Below, one piece after another: positions 27,947 through 37,182 of a DNA stretch of 64,000 nt. This DNA comes from Calditrichales bacterium (GTDB lineage: Bacteria; Calditrichota; Calditrichia; Calditrichales; J004), in contig OZ254086.1 in assembly GCA_965267575.1 (NCBI GenBank), positions 1,280,001 through 1,344,000 of the forward strand, written 5' to 3'. Below the pieces are notes generated by a model that searched no databases, was not told where the DNA came from, and was given only the letters and a program-made list of their open reading frames with translations. The translations under genes and the position numbers were made by a program. How positions within the stretch are numbered: the stretch's first letter is position 1; every line of letters starts with the position of its first letter.

Positions 27947-28032
27947 CTTCAACGCCCAATATATAAAGCAAGGCTTTACAAATCACAATTAATTTACTTA
28001 CCAAACAAACCTAAACAAAAGGAGGAGAAAGT

Positions 28033-29856
28033 ATGCGTCGTTCGCTTACTGTATTCGCTATCCTCGTAACGATGGCCTTTATCAGCCAGGGATTTGCACA
28101 GGGAACTGAAGCTTCCCGCGTTGCAACTGCCTACAGCTTCCCACCGGCTGACACATTTTTCACCGGTCTGCAAAGTATCCGTGGTGTTAACGTAGCCGTC
28201 GATCCTTTCGGGGATGGAGTTAATCTTATTTCAGCCACAAACTATTTTACCGGTGGCGCGGTTCACGTTTTTGCCGCTGTCGGTATGGACTCCATCGAAC
28301 TGAAGTGGAGCTCCCCGCCCGGAGTCGGTGGCGGTGGCTCTACACCTCGTCACTCCGCTTTTGGAGATCTTGACAATGATGGGGTTGTTGAAATCATCTT
28401 CCAGAATTCGGACCGTGGTTTCTACATTTATGAGTGGGACGGGGTTCCCGGAAGCTATAACTTCGGTGATGCTCCTGCACAGATCATAGATGATACCTAT
28501 TTTCCCGCGACAAGCGGATATACGGAATGGTTCGACATTTCCGATGTTGACGGCGATGGTGCCAACGAGTTGATCACGGCTTATAATGCCGGTGGTTCTG
28601 TGAGCGACGGTCTGTTTGTTATCAGCGCCAACGGCGAATGGGAAACAGGAGATCCCGGTTTCTCAGGATTTAATGTTGAGCTGGAAGCACTGCGTTCGGA
28701 TCCCTTTTATGGAGCCCTTGGTTTTGGCGGAAGCCCCATGGGCGCCTGGGCAGCTCAGCTGGACGGTACAGGTAACGAAGAAGTCTTCTACACCAACTGG
28801 AATTTTAAGAATGTTACCGTTGTAAGAGCCACGGCCGCAGACACCTATGAAGCAGCCGATACGACAGGCGGTAATGGTAACCTCTTTATTACATGGCCCG
28901 ATGACAATACCGCGCTCTTTGGCGGCTTTGCCACAGATATCGATGGCGATGGTCGTGAAGAAGCCTATCTGTCGCAATTCGGTAGCGCTAATGCCGGCAA
29001 ACTGCACATGATCTATTTTGACGAAGGCTCTGACCTCAGCAAAATCGATTCCAGCAATCTGGCAACAATTGATGTTACCGACGTGCTGAACGGCAGTATT
29101 TTCGGACATGGTGTTGGTGACATTGACCAGGATGGACGTCCTAACATTTACATGGGCTTTGTTTACGGCAGCAACGTTGCTACCGCGGAATTCCAGGGTG
29201 GTGACAAGACAGATCCTGCCAACTGGACAACGGACGTACTTTACGAAGGCGAAGATGACATCTATACATCGGTAACCTATAGCGATAGCCTGGGCACAGT
29301 CGATACATCCTATGCCATTGACAACTCCTTTGTTGCCAAGCTGGGCGCCGGATATTTTGACCTGGACAATGACGGCTTTGAAGATATCATTCTGCCTTAC
29401 CAGGCTTTGAATGACAGCCTTGATGTTACCGAGCAAACCTGGGATGCCGATTCCGGAGCATACGTCGTAGATGCCCAGTATAAAGTGGTTAACCCCAAGC
29501 GCTGGTCACTGCGTGTACTGGAAGGCACCATTGGCAGCAGCATCGAAGCCAAAGACCTGACAGTTATTACACCGAATGATTACAAGCTTAAGCAAAACTA
29601 TCCCAATCCTTTCAACCCGGAAACAACGATTGAATTCGTAATGCCGGTACGTAAAAAGATCACCATGACGATCTACAATACCCGCGGCCAGAAGGTTAAG
29701 ACACTTCTTAAAGACGCGTCTTATCCGCAGGGTACGCACAGTGTTAAATGGGATGGTACAAATGAAGCCGGCCAGCAAGTGGCAACAGGCATGTATATCT
29801 ACGAGTTTAAGTTTGGTAACTTCACCAAAAGCAAGCGCATGATGCTTGTTAAGTAA
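28033..29856 (+). CDS. Secreted FG-GAP/VCBS-repeat protein with a FlgD-Ig-type T9SS CTD; paralogue of 7999..10566
   Basis: Signal peptide; GDLDNDGVVEI, DVDGDGANEL, DIDGDGREE, GDIDQDG, DLDNDGFEDI; QNYPNPFNP...WDGTNEAGQQVATGMYIY...KRMMLVK; AAGGAGG RBS. Confidence 0.87.
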   Translation: MRRSLTVFAILVTMAFISQGFAQGTEASRVATAYSFPPADTFFTGLQSIRGVNVAVDPFGDGVNLISATNYFTGGAVHVFAAVGMDSIELKWSSPPGVGGGGSTPRHSAFGDLDNDGVVEIIFQNSDRGFYIYEWDGVPGSYNFGDAPAQIIDDTYFPATSGYTEWFDISDVDGDGANELITAYNAGGSVSDGLFVISANGEWETGDPGFSGFNVELEALRSDPFYGALGFGGSPMGAWAAQLDGTGNEEVFYTNWNFKNVTVVRATAADTYEAADTTGGNGNLFITWPDDNTALFGGFATDIDGDGREEAYLSQFGSANAGKLHMIYFDEGSDLSKIDSSNLATIDVTDVLNGSIFGHGVGDIDQDGRPNIYMGFVYGSNVATAEFQGGDKTDPANWTTDVLYEGEDDIYTSVTYSDSLGTVDTSYAIDNSFVAKLGAGYFDLDNDGFEDIILPYQALNDSLDVTEQTWDADSGAYVVDAQYKVVNPKRWSLRVLEGTIGSSIEAKDLTVITPNDYKLKQNYPNPFNPETTIEFVMPVRKKITMTIYNTRGQKVKTLLKDASYPQGTHSVKWDGTNEAGQQVATGMYIYEFKFGNFTKSKRMMLVK

Positions 29857-29873
29857 GCTCGGTTCTTACCTAT

Positions 29874-29904
29874 AAAAAAGGCGCCTTTTTACGGCGCCTT
29901 TTTT
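29874..29904. terminator. Bidirectional intrinsic terminator overlapping the lpxH stop codon
   Basis: AAAAAAGGCGCC-TTTTTAC-GGCGCCTTTTTT. Confidence 0.85.
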
Positions 29905-30629
29905 GTTTTGTAATACTCCAGCTTCAAATCCTTTCCATCAAAAACAGCATAGCTGAAATAGGTAAGCCAGTCTCCCAGATTTATATATTTACAGCCACCT
30001 CTTTCGTGCACCAGCGGATTATGGCGATGGCCCATCATTACATAATCAAAGCCCTTGTCAAAACACGCCTCGGCAAATTCGACGTAATCGGTTTCATCAC
30101 GCTTCTCGTTGATGGTATCGGTATACCCGCGACTCGTGCCCGACACCTTTCTCGCGAAGGGGATTCCAGCGTCCGGATGCAGCCAGCGAAAGACGCGCTG
30201 GTTCAGCTTACTACGCAGGATTCTCTTTAAGAAGCGGTAGCCCTTATCCTTTTTGGCAAGCCCGTCTCCGTGAAAAAGGTAAAACGATTTACCTGCAAGC
30301 TCGAATGTGTATTCATCCGGCCAGGTTGTGATTCCCAGTTGCTCATCAAAAAAGCGTCCCAGAAAGAAATCGTGGTTTCCCGCCAGATAGTGCATTTCCA
30401 CACCATCGTTGCGCAAGTTCATAAGACGGTTTAAAACGCCAAAATATGCCTTCGGTATTACATGATTGTATTCATACCAGAAATCGAACAAATCGCCAAC
30501 GATATATAAGTGGGTGAGGTCACCGCGTATGTCATCAAGAAATTTTTCAAAAATCGTTTCGCGTGCTTTTTCAGCAGCCGTATCCGCAATACCCAGGTGA
30601 ATGTCCGAAACAAAAACAGCCTTAACCAT
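29889..30629 (-). CDS. lpxH: UDP-2,3-diacylglucosamine diphosphatase (LpxH-like metallophosphoesterase)
   Basis: SDIHLG, GDLFDFW, GNHD, HGDG, MGHRH, NLGDW. Confidence 0.88.
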   Translation of the reverse strand: MVKAVFVSDIHLGIADTAAEKARETIFEKFLDDIRGDLTHLYIVGDLFDFWYEYNHVIPKAYFGVLNRLMNLRNDGVEMHYLAGNHDFFLGRFFDEQLGITTWPDEYTFELAGKSFYLFHGDGLAKKDKGYRFLKRILRSKLNQRVFRWLHPDAGIPFARKVSGTSRGYTDTINEKRDETDYVEFAEACFDKGFDYVMMGHRHNPLVHERGGCKYINLGDWLTYFSYAVFDGKDLKLEYYKTKKAP

Positions 30630-30726
30630 AATCTGCTCATCCTTGTAAAAGAGGGCGAAAATATTGTATTATGACGTGTGAAGCAATTATCAACAGACTG
30701 GCTTTAATTTATAACCGGGAGGATAT

Positions 30727-31275
30727 ATGACCAAGATTTTAATGCCGCTGAGCGATGGCGTGGAAGAAACGGAAGCTATAACCGTAATAGACCTGCTTCG
30801 CCGCGCCGATCTCGAGGTTATGACGGCTGCATTGGAACAAAACCCGGTCCGCGGATCACACAACATTCGCTTTTACGCAGATGCCTTGCTTGAGGATGTT
30901 GGCCACGAGCTTTACGACATGCTTATACTGCCCGGCGGACCGGGAACGGCCAAACTGCGTGATTCGCAAATGGTTTTGGACATTGTTAAGAAGCATTATG
31001 AAAAAGAACGCTGGGTCTGCGCCATCTGTGCCGCACCAACCATTTTACAAAAAGCCGGAATTTCAAAGGGCAAAAAAGTCACCAGTTTTCCAACGGAAGA
31101 AAAGGTCTTTTCAGATAGCACATATCTAAAAGATAGGGTTGTTCAGGACGGGAAAATTATCACCAGCCGCGCTGTGGGTACAGCCATACCATTTGCCCTA
31201 AAATTGATCGGAGTATTAAAAGGTGGAGAGGCAGCCAAGGCTGTTGCAGAAAGGATCGTTTACGCAAGCAGCTAA
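30727..31275 (+). CDS. DJ-1/YajL/ThiJ-family protein
   Basis: GVEETEA..IDLLRRA, ILPGGPG, AICAAP (catalytic Cys), IITSR. Confidence 0.92.
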   Translation: MTKILMPLSDGVEETEAITVIDLLRRADLEVMTAALEQNPVRGSHNIRFYADALLEDVGHELYDMLILPGGPGTAKLRDSQMVLDIVKKHYEKERWVCAICAAPTILQKAGISKGKKVTSFPTEEKVFSDSTYLKDRVVQDGKIITSRAVGTAIPFALKLIGVLKGGEAAKAVAERIVYASS

Positions 31276-32183
31276 AAAATCGAAATGGCCGTTTTGGTGG
31301 TAAAAAGCTCCAGCGCGCGTGTACCGGCCAGCGAATTGCCCTGTGGATTGAGACCGGGTGACCAGACGCAGACGCTGAATTCATGGGGCATCAGTGCCAG
31401 GATACCGCCGCCAACGCCGCTTTTGCCCGGCAGGCCAACACGGTAAGCGAAGTCGCCAACGGCATCGTAGGTGCCGCAGGTAAGCATGATAGATTTGATA
31501 TATTTTGCCTGGCTCGGGCTTACAATCTCTTCACCATGCAGCAACCGGCCACGGTTAGCCAGAAACAGGCCCGCCCTGGCAACATCCACACAATTCATGG
31601 AAAGGGCGCAGTAACGGTAATAGTTTTCCAGAACAACATCCGGGTCGTTATTCAAATTGCCAAAGCTCTTTAAAAAATTGGCCAGCGCAGCGTTGCGAAA
31701 TCCGGTGTCTCCTTCAGATTCCGCGACGGCATGGTCAAAGTCGATCGTCTCATTAGCCGCCAGTTTTCTTACAAAACGCAGAACATCCTGCACCGGGCTT
31801 TTAAGCCTTGAAGCCAGAACATCTGTTAAGACAAGCGCGCCCGCGTTTATAAAAGGATTGCGTGGAATGCCGTTTTCGTATTCCAGCTGTACAAGAGAGT
31901 TAAAAGCCGTGCCGGAGGGTTCGCGCCCGAGGCGTTCCCATAAGGCGTCGCTCTCATATTTCATGGCCAACGTAAGTGTGAAAACTTTCGATATGCTCTG
32001 CAGGGAAAAGGCCGTGCGCGCCTGGCCAACCTCATAAATTTTACCATCCAGCGTGCAGACAGCCATGCCAAACTGGGAACGATTGATCTTAGCCAGCTCT
32101 GGAATATAATCGGCCACTTCACCACTGTCCAGAAGCGGCATAACTTCCTTATATATCTCTTCAAGGATGTGCGTTATATTCAT
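31272..32183 (-). CDS. glsA: Glutaminase
   Basis: VADYIPELAK, SLQSISKV (SxxK), GREPSG..FNS, NPFINAGA, PGKSGVGGG. Confidence 0.96.
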   Translation of the reverse strand: MNITHILEEIYKEVMPLLDSGEVADYIPELAKINRSQFGMAVCTLDGKIYEVGQARTAFSLQSISKVFTLTLAMKYESDALWERLGREPSGTAFNSLVQLEYENGIPRNPFINAGALVLTDVLASRLKSPVQDVLRFVRKLAANETIDFDHAVAESEGDTGFRNAALANFLKSFGNLNNDPDVVLENYYRYCALSMNCVDVARAGLFLANRGRLLHGEEIVSPSQAKYIKSIMLTCGTYDAVGDFAYRVGLPGKSGVGGGILALMPHEFSVCVWSPGLNPQGNSLAGTRALELFTTKTAISIF

Positions 32184-32193
32184 AAGCTGACTT

Positions 32194-32213
32194 AAAAGCC
32201 ACGGAAGCGGCTT
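32194..32213 (-). terminator. Weak hairpin or terminator between the DUF1611 gene and glsA
   Basis: Minus strand reads AAGCCGC-TTCC-GTGGCTT followed by TT. Confidence 0.4.
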
Positions 32214-32214
32214 G

Positions 32215-33237
32215 TTATTTTTTCAGGGCGATGCTGTCCAGTAAGACGTTGATTCCGCCGCCCAGCGGATCGGCCACGGGCAAACCCAGTTGTTGTTTCA
32301 GCCGGCTTATCACATCACCGCGGTCTTCGGAAGAGGGTAGCTGAGCCAGGTTAATGCTTACCGCCAGCACCTGCGCCCCGTTAACCTGCTCCAGCAACAT
32401 GCGCTGCAGTTCCAGCGCCCGTAAAGCGCCGCGCAGATCATTTGCCTGTTCCAGCCTGTAACACATAATAACGCCGTCCGGCTGTGAACCGTGAAGGATA
32501 CCCAAAGACGCAGGCGCCTTCACCGGATCGGTAAATGCCCCCTGCCCCTGCACCAGGAGATATTCGAATTTACCGTTCAGCTCGTTCAACTCGTTTTCAA
32601 CATGGCCGGCAATGATGTCCGCACCCATCGAATCTGCCGTCAGACCCTTGCCCTTTAGCAAATATCCGGCCAGGCTCGTTGGCAGCCAATCGGCAGACGT
32701 GCCTTTTTTATGCAGGGCGTGCGTCAGCTCAATGGATGTTACCAGCTTGCCGGAGTAGCGGTTGCCCCCGCTTATCAATATTCTTTTCGATTGCTTGCCT
32801 TCTTTGGGGCCGATAAATTTGAGCGGCCGGTTTTTCTCTTCGTCACGGCGTAAATCTATAATGCGTGCTTTATACTTCTCGGAAAGCAATTCAAATTCGG
32901 CCAGGTCGTTCAGTGTCTGGTGCAGGCCATTCAACACGTGTACCTTATTCTGCAATGCCTGTATAACCATGGGATACCATTCCATCGGAAAAGCGGGCAC
33001 AAGAGAAGAGGCACCAAGTAGCAGGTAGTTGGGTTTGCGCGTAAACAGCTCATCCAGCGTTGAAGTCACAGGAATGGCGCCACCAAAACCCAGTACATCT
33101 TGAACTGTCTTACCGGCATTATTTTTATCTATAATACCAACTATTTCGTCGTTCAGATAACGGACCAGTGCGCTTTCGACCTGCGAAACAACAGGACGCA
33201 GCCGTGATTCACAATGTATTACAATGCGTCTTTTCAT
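32215..33237 (-). CDS. DUF1611-family (DgcN-like) protein with degenerate motifs
   Basis: IVGIID..AG..V..VLG..IPV, A....VLNGLH, IIDLR, QGQG, LHGSQPD..IMC and GLPVADP follow the DUF1611 layout. Confidence 0.75.
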   Translation of the reverse strand: MKRRIVIHCESRLRPVVSQVESALVRYLNDEIVGIIDKNNAGKTVQDVLGFGGAIPVTSTLDELFTRKPNYLLLGASSLVPAFPMEWYPMVIQALQNKVHVLNGLHQTLNDLAEFELLSEKYKARIIDLRRDEEKNRPLKFIGPKEGKQSKRILISGGNRYSGKLVTSIELTHALHKKGTSADWLPTSLAGYLLKGKGLTADSMGADIIAGHVENELNELNGKFEYLLVQGQGAFTDPVKAPASLGILHGSQPDGVIMCYRLEQANDLRGALRALELQRMLLEQVNGAQVLAVSINLAQLPSSEDRGDVISRLKQQLGLPVADPLGGGINVLLDSIALKK

Positions 33238-33297
33238 GGATTTCTTAATTCTATAATGTGGGGTAAATATATATAAATGTTTGTTTTAGCACAAAAA

Positions 33298-33765
33298 CTA
33301 AAGTGAGTCAGGTATAAAAATATAAGGACGGATTAACTCCAGTGTCTTCGGGCCGATTCGTGTTACGTTGTCCAGTTCTTCCAGGCTCTTAAAAGGGCCG
33401 TTTTGTTCGCGGTATTGTATAATATTACCTGCCGTCACAGGCCCTATCCGCGGTAAACGCTTTAAACTTTCAATCCCGGCCGTATTGATGTTTATGCTTT
33501 TAGCCGTCAGCTTTTGCTCCGGCTCAGACCGCCTCGTCTTTTTCTGCGATACCTCGTCCTCAGCCTGCTCCATTCCCGCAGGATCATTTTCCTGTTCCAC
33601 CATTGTATCTGCTGCCAACACATGGAAAAGACTGTCCTGTAATGTGTAATCGTACAATTCAGGATGAAAGCCATGCGGTTTAAGCCATTGCAGTGTAAAG
33701 GCGGCCAAAAACAAGATCGAAATCAGGCCGAAAGCTTTTTTCTCTGCCGGAGAAAATTGCGACAT
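33298..33765 (-). CDS. comEA: ComEA-family helix-hairpin-helix DNA-binding protein with an N-terminal membrane anchor
   Basis: ININTA..LKRLPRIGPVTA..I..YRE.NGPFKSLEEL.NV.RIGPKT. Confidence 0.88.
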   Translation of the reverse strand: MSQFSPAEKKAFGLISILFLAAFTLQWLKPHGFHPELYDYTLQDSLFHVLAADTMVEQENDPAGMEQAEDEVSQKKTRRSEPEQKLTAKSININTAGIESLKRLPRIGPVTAGNIIQYREQNGPFKSLEELDNVTRIGPKTLELIRPYIFIPDSL

Positions 33766-33777
33766 CGCCCAACCCTG

Positions 33778-34944
33778 TTAGAAATTCAATGCTTCCTTGA
33801 ACTTTTCAAACATATTCTTGGAGCCAGAATCTTCCGATGGCTTCAGGTTGTCACTCTCCTTGAGTTCTTTCAGTAATTTTTTGTCCGAATCCGACAAGCG
33901 CACGGGCACATAAACCTGGACCTGTACAAGCTGATCACCGATGCCGGCGCCGTTGAGGTGCGGAATACCCTTGCCGCGCATACGCAGAATTTTGCCCGAT
34001 TGCGTTCCCTGATTAATGTTCAATTTGGCTTTGCCGGTCAGCGTTGGTACCTCCACGGAAGCGCCCAGGGCAGCATCGGGAAAACTGACGGGCAGAACAA
34101 CAATGACGTCATCTCCGCGTCGGTCAAATATCTTATGCTCTTTCTCTTCGATGTGAACGATCAGGTCGCCGGCAGCTCCACCGCGCATCCCGGCATGGCC
34201 TTCTCCGTTCAGCGGAATATAGTTGCCCGTTTTTACGCCGGCCGGAATATTCACTTCGATTGTCTTGGTGCCGTTTACGCGTCCTTCGCCGGCACAGGTA
34301 GCGCAGGGATTCTCGATAATCTGACCCTGGCCATTGCAGCGGTTGCAGGTTGTTATATTTACAAACTGACCAAACAACGACTGCGACACCTGGCGGATTT
34401 CACCGCTGCCTTTGCAAATGGGGCAGGAGACCGTCTTGCTGTATTTGGCCGCACCGGAGCCGTTACAGGTAGCGCATTCAATTTTTTTGTTTACTTTGAT
34501 TTTTTTACGGGTACCCGTGGCTATTTCTTCCAGAGTAAGCTTTAAGCGTATCTGCAGATCGGCACCGCGACGGTTTCCGCCACGCCGCCGTCTTGTTCCC
34601 GCGCCACCGCCGAAAATATCGCCAAAACCGCCAAAGCCCTGTTCCATAAACTGGCGCAACGCTTCAGACAGGTCGATGCCGCCAAAACCAAACGGATCAC
34701 CTCCGCCCATACCGCCCATGCTCTCCGCGGCATGTCCAAAGCGGTCATACTTCTGGCGTTTTTCATCGTCGCCCAAAACGGCGTAAGCTTCCGCCACTTC
34801 CTTAAATTTTTCTTCGGCATCCTTATCATCCGGGTTTTTGTCCGGGTGATACTTCATCGCCAGTTTTCGATACGCTTTTTTTATTTCATCCTTGCTGGCG
34901 TCCTTCGACAATCCAAGGACTTCATAATAATCTCGCTTTGCCAT
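33778..34944 (-). CDS. dnaJ: Chaperone DnaJ
   Basis: J domain with HPD, G/F-rich linker, four CxxCxGxG motifs. Confidence 0.98.
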   Translation of the reverse strand: MAKRDYYEVLGLSKDASKDEIKKAYRKLAMKYHPDKNPDDKDAEEKFKEVAEAYAVLGDDEKRQKYDRFGHAAESMGGMGGGDPFGFGGIDLSEALRQFMEQGFGGFGDIFGGGAGTRRRRGGNRRGADLQIRLKLTLEEIATGTRKKIKVNKKIECATCNGSGAAKYSKTVSCPICKGSGEIRQVSQSLFGQFVNITTCNRCNGQGQIIENPCATCAGEGRVNGTKTIEVNIPAGVKTGNYIPLNGEGHAGMRGGAAGDLIVHIEEKEHKIFDRRGDDVIVVLPVSFPDAALGASVEVPTLTGKAKLNINQGTQSGKILRMRGKGIPHLNGAGIGDQLVQVQVYVPVRLSDSDKKLLKELKESDNLKPSEDSGSKNMFEKFKEALNF

Positions 34945-34952
34945 AATCTGTC

Positions 34953-35549
34953 CTATTTTGCTACCAATACCTGCGCGTGCCGGATCACTTTGTCATTGAG
35001 CTTGTAGCCTTTCAGGTGCTCATCTACAACCGTACCGCTTTCATATTCGTCCGAGTCCACCTGCATCAGCGCGTTATGCTCATCGGGGTTGAATTCGTTT
35101 CCTACGACTTGCAGCGGCTCCAAACCACGCTTGGTTAGCGTATTCAACATATTCTTGTAAACCAGCTGAACGCCCTTTAGCACCGGCGAATCCGGGTTCT
35201 CTTTTTCGGCATGGGAAATTGTGCGCTCAAAATCATCCAGCACCGGCAATAATTCCTCAATCAACTCGCGGCTGGCAGATTGAATATTATCGATGAACTC
35301 TTTTTCAGTCCGGCGCTTAAAGTTTTCAAATTCTGCCATCTTGCGCAGCAGCTGATCTCTCAGTTTTTGCTCTTCCATTTGCGATTTTTCCAATTCAGCC
35401 TCAAGCTGCTGAATCCTTTTTTCAGCTTCATCATTTACCGGCCTGTTCTTTGACGAGGCCTTTTTATCTTTTTTTGAATTAGACTTTTTCTCGTTCTTGG
35501 GCTTTTGCTTTTCTTCTTTTTCTGTTTCTTTTATTTCTTTATCACTCAT
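34953..35549 (-). CDS. grpE: Nucleotide exchange factor GrpE
   Basis: [43 protein letters not shown]. Confidence 0.97.
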   Translation of the reverse strand: MSDKEIKETEKEEKQKPKNEKKSNSKKDKKASSKNRPVNDEAEKRIQQLEAELEKSQMEEQKLRDQLLRKMAEFENFKRRTEKEFIDNIQSASRELIEELLPVLDDFERTISHAEKENPDSPVLKGVQLVYKNMLNTLTKRGLEPLQVVGNEFNPDEHNALMQVDSDEYESGTVVDEHLKGYKLNDKVIRHAQVLVAK

Positions 35550-35633
35550 TTTTAAACAACTCCAGTTTATACCTTTTTATAATATTTTGATAAACAATCC
35601 TAATGCCCGTTACAGGTATTTATTAAGCCGGGT

Positions 35634-35663
35634 AATTTAAGAAAGTATCCTTTCGGCTGTCAA
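35634..35663 (-). promoter_or_regulatory. Candidate sigma70 promoter for grpE-dnaJ-comEA
   Basis: Minus strand reads TTGACA-N18-TAAATT. Confidence 0.5.
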
Positions 35664-35671
35664 GGCAGCGA

Positions 35672-36532
35672 TCAGGACAAGCTCTCCAAATACTTAGCAA
35701 CGCTCAACCTGCTGGAGATAAATCCGATCGCCACACCCAGAAACGTAAGTGCTGCGTAGATTTCCTCCCGGAACACGATCGAGCTAAAAACAGTTCTGCT
35801 CAATCCATAGTTTAAAGCAGCCAGAAGCAGGCAGGCCAGGCCCGCGCCGATCAATCCCTGCAGAATGCCTTCCACCACAAAGGGTCTTTTTATAAAAGAG
35901 CGCTTGGCGCCGACAAGCTTCATGATCTCTATAATATCGCGTCTGGCAAAAATTGTCAGCCGAACCGTATTATACAACAGCACAATCGTTACCGCGGATA
36001 TCAGCGCTATGCCCAATGCCCCGGCCAGATAGGCAATAGTTAAGTAACGGTCAATCAGGGCGATCAATTCCTTTTGATAAATCACTTCGTCCACGGCATC
36101 GATGGCTGCAAGTTCGCCGGCCATGGCGTTTACCGCAGCGGCGTTCCGGGCCTCAGCTTTCGGCGTGATGATAAACGACGGTGGCAACGGGTTTACCTGA
36201 AGCACCTCATAAACGCTCTTGCCAAACTCCTGCTCAAAACGGCGCGCGGCATCCTCTTTTGAAACAAAGCGCAGGCTCTCCACATCATCGCGCTTTTGCA
36301 GCTCGCTGCGAACAAAATCAATGTCCTCCTGGCTGACAACGTTCTCCAGAAAAATCTCCACCTCCAGCCGCGAGCGAATGGTACTGATCCAGTTATCCAC
36401 ATTCAGGGCCACAAGAACGGCGGTCCCAATCAGAAAATGGCTGAATGTTATGGAGGAAATCGTAAGAAATGTCGCCAGCCGGGCGCGGCGAAATCCTTTG
36501 AGACCTTCCTTTATGGTAAACCAGAAATTCAT
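35672..36532 (-). CDS. ftsX: Cell division permease FtsX
   Basis: Four-TM layout; FVSKEDA..F, NPLP.S, NTVRLTIFARR..IEIMKLVGA..FIKRPFVVEG. Confidence 0.95.
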   Translation of the reverse strand: MNFWFTIKEGLKGFRRARLATFLTISSITFSHFLIGTAVLVALNVDNWISTIRSRLEVEIFLENVVSQEDIDFVRSELQKRDDVESLRFVSKEDAARRFEQEFGKSVYEVLQVNPLPPSFIITPKAEARNAAAVNAMAGELAAIDAVDEVIYQKELIALIDRYLTIAYLAGALGIALISAVTIVLLYNTVRLTIFARRDIIEIMKLVGAKRSFIKRPFVVEGILQGLIGAGLACLLLAALNYGLSRTVFSSIVFREEIYAALTFLGVAIGFISSRLSVAKYLESLS

Positions 36533-37182
36533 TTCTCTACCACTTCTCCCTTGTCCAGGGCAATAGTGCGGTGTGGAAAGCGGCGCAAAATTTCGTCTGA
36601 GTGCGTGGCCATTAAAACAGCCGTCCCCTGCCGGTTAATTTTTTCCAGTATGGCAACAATCTCAAGCGATGTCTGCTGGTCCAGGTTTCCGGTGGGCTCG
36701 TCGGCCAGGACAATAAACGGGTTATTGACGATAGCACGGGCAATGGCCACACGCTGCTGTTCGCCGCCGGAAAGCTCCAGCGGATAATGAAATCTCTTCT
36801 GCCCCAGGTTGACCTCGGCCAGAACGCGCATAACCTTTCGCTTAATATCATGCGTTTGCGCGCCGGTTACACGCAGCGAAAAAGCAACATTGTCAAACAC
36901 ATTGCGGTCGTTGAGCAGCTTAAAATCCTGAAAAACCACACCCAGCTTGCGGCGCAAATAGGGGATATCTCTCTCCTTGATTTTGGCCGAAGTATAATTT
37001 TCAACCACAACCATTCCGCTGTCCGGCATCAGGTCCATATAAATATGGCGTAAAATGGTCGATTTGCCGGCGCCGGATGGACCCTTCAGATAGACGAATT
37101 CACCCTTGAGAATACGCATGGTTATATTTTTGAGAATGGTTTTATCGTCTATTGTTGTATGTACGTTGTAGAATTCTATCAT
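36529..37182 (-). CDS. ftsE: Cell division ATP-binding protein FtsE
   Basis: GPSGAGKST, IPYLRRKLGVVFQDFKLL, LSGGEQQRVAIARA, LADEPTGNLD; 4-bp overlap with ftsX. Confidence 0.96.
   Translation of the reverse strand: MIEFYNVHTTIDDKTILKNITMRILKGEFVYLKGPSGAGKSTILRHIYMDLMPDSGMVVVENYTSAKIKERDIPYLRRKLGVVFQDFKLLNDRNVFDNVAFSLRVTGAQTHDIKRKVMRVLAEVNLGQKRFHYPLELSGGEQQRVAIARAIVNNPFIVLADEPTGNLDQQTSLEIVAILEKINRQGTAVLMATHSDEILRRFPHRTIALDKGEVVEK

Noticed and set aside
33286-33312. TTAGCAC resembling a CIRCE left arm near the dnaJ cluster
   Set aside because: There is no GAGTGCTAA right arm at 9-bp spacing, and it lies downstream of the operon
36393-36401. Perfect DnaA box TTATCCACA
   Set aside because: A single copy inside ftsX with no cluster or AT-rich unwinding element; compatible with chance
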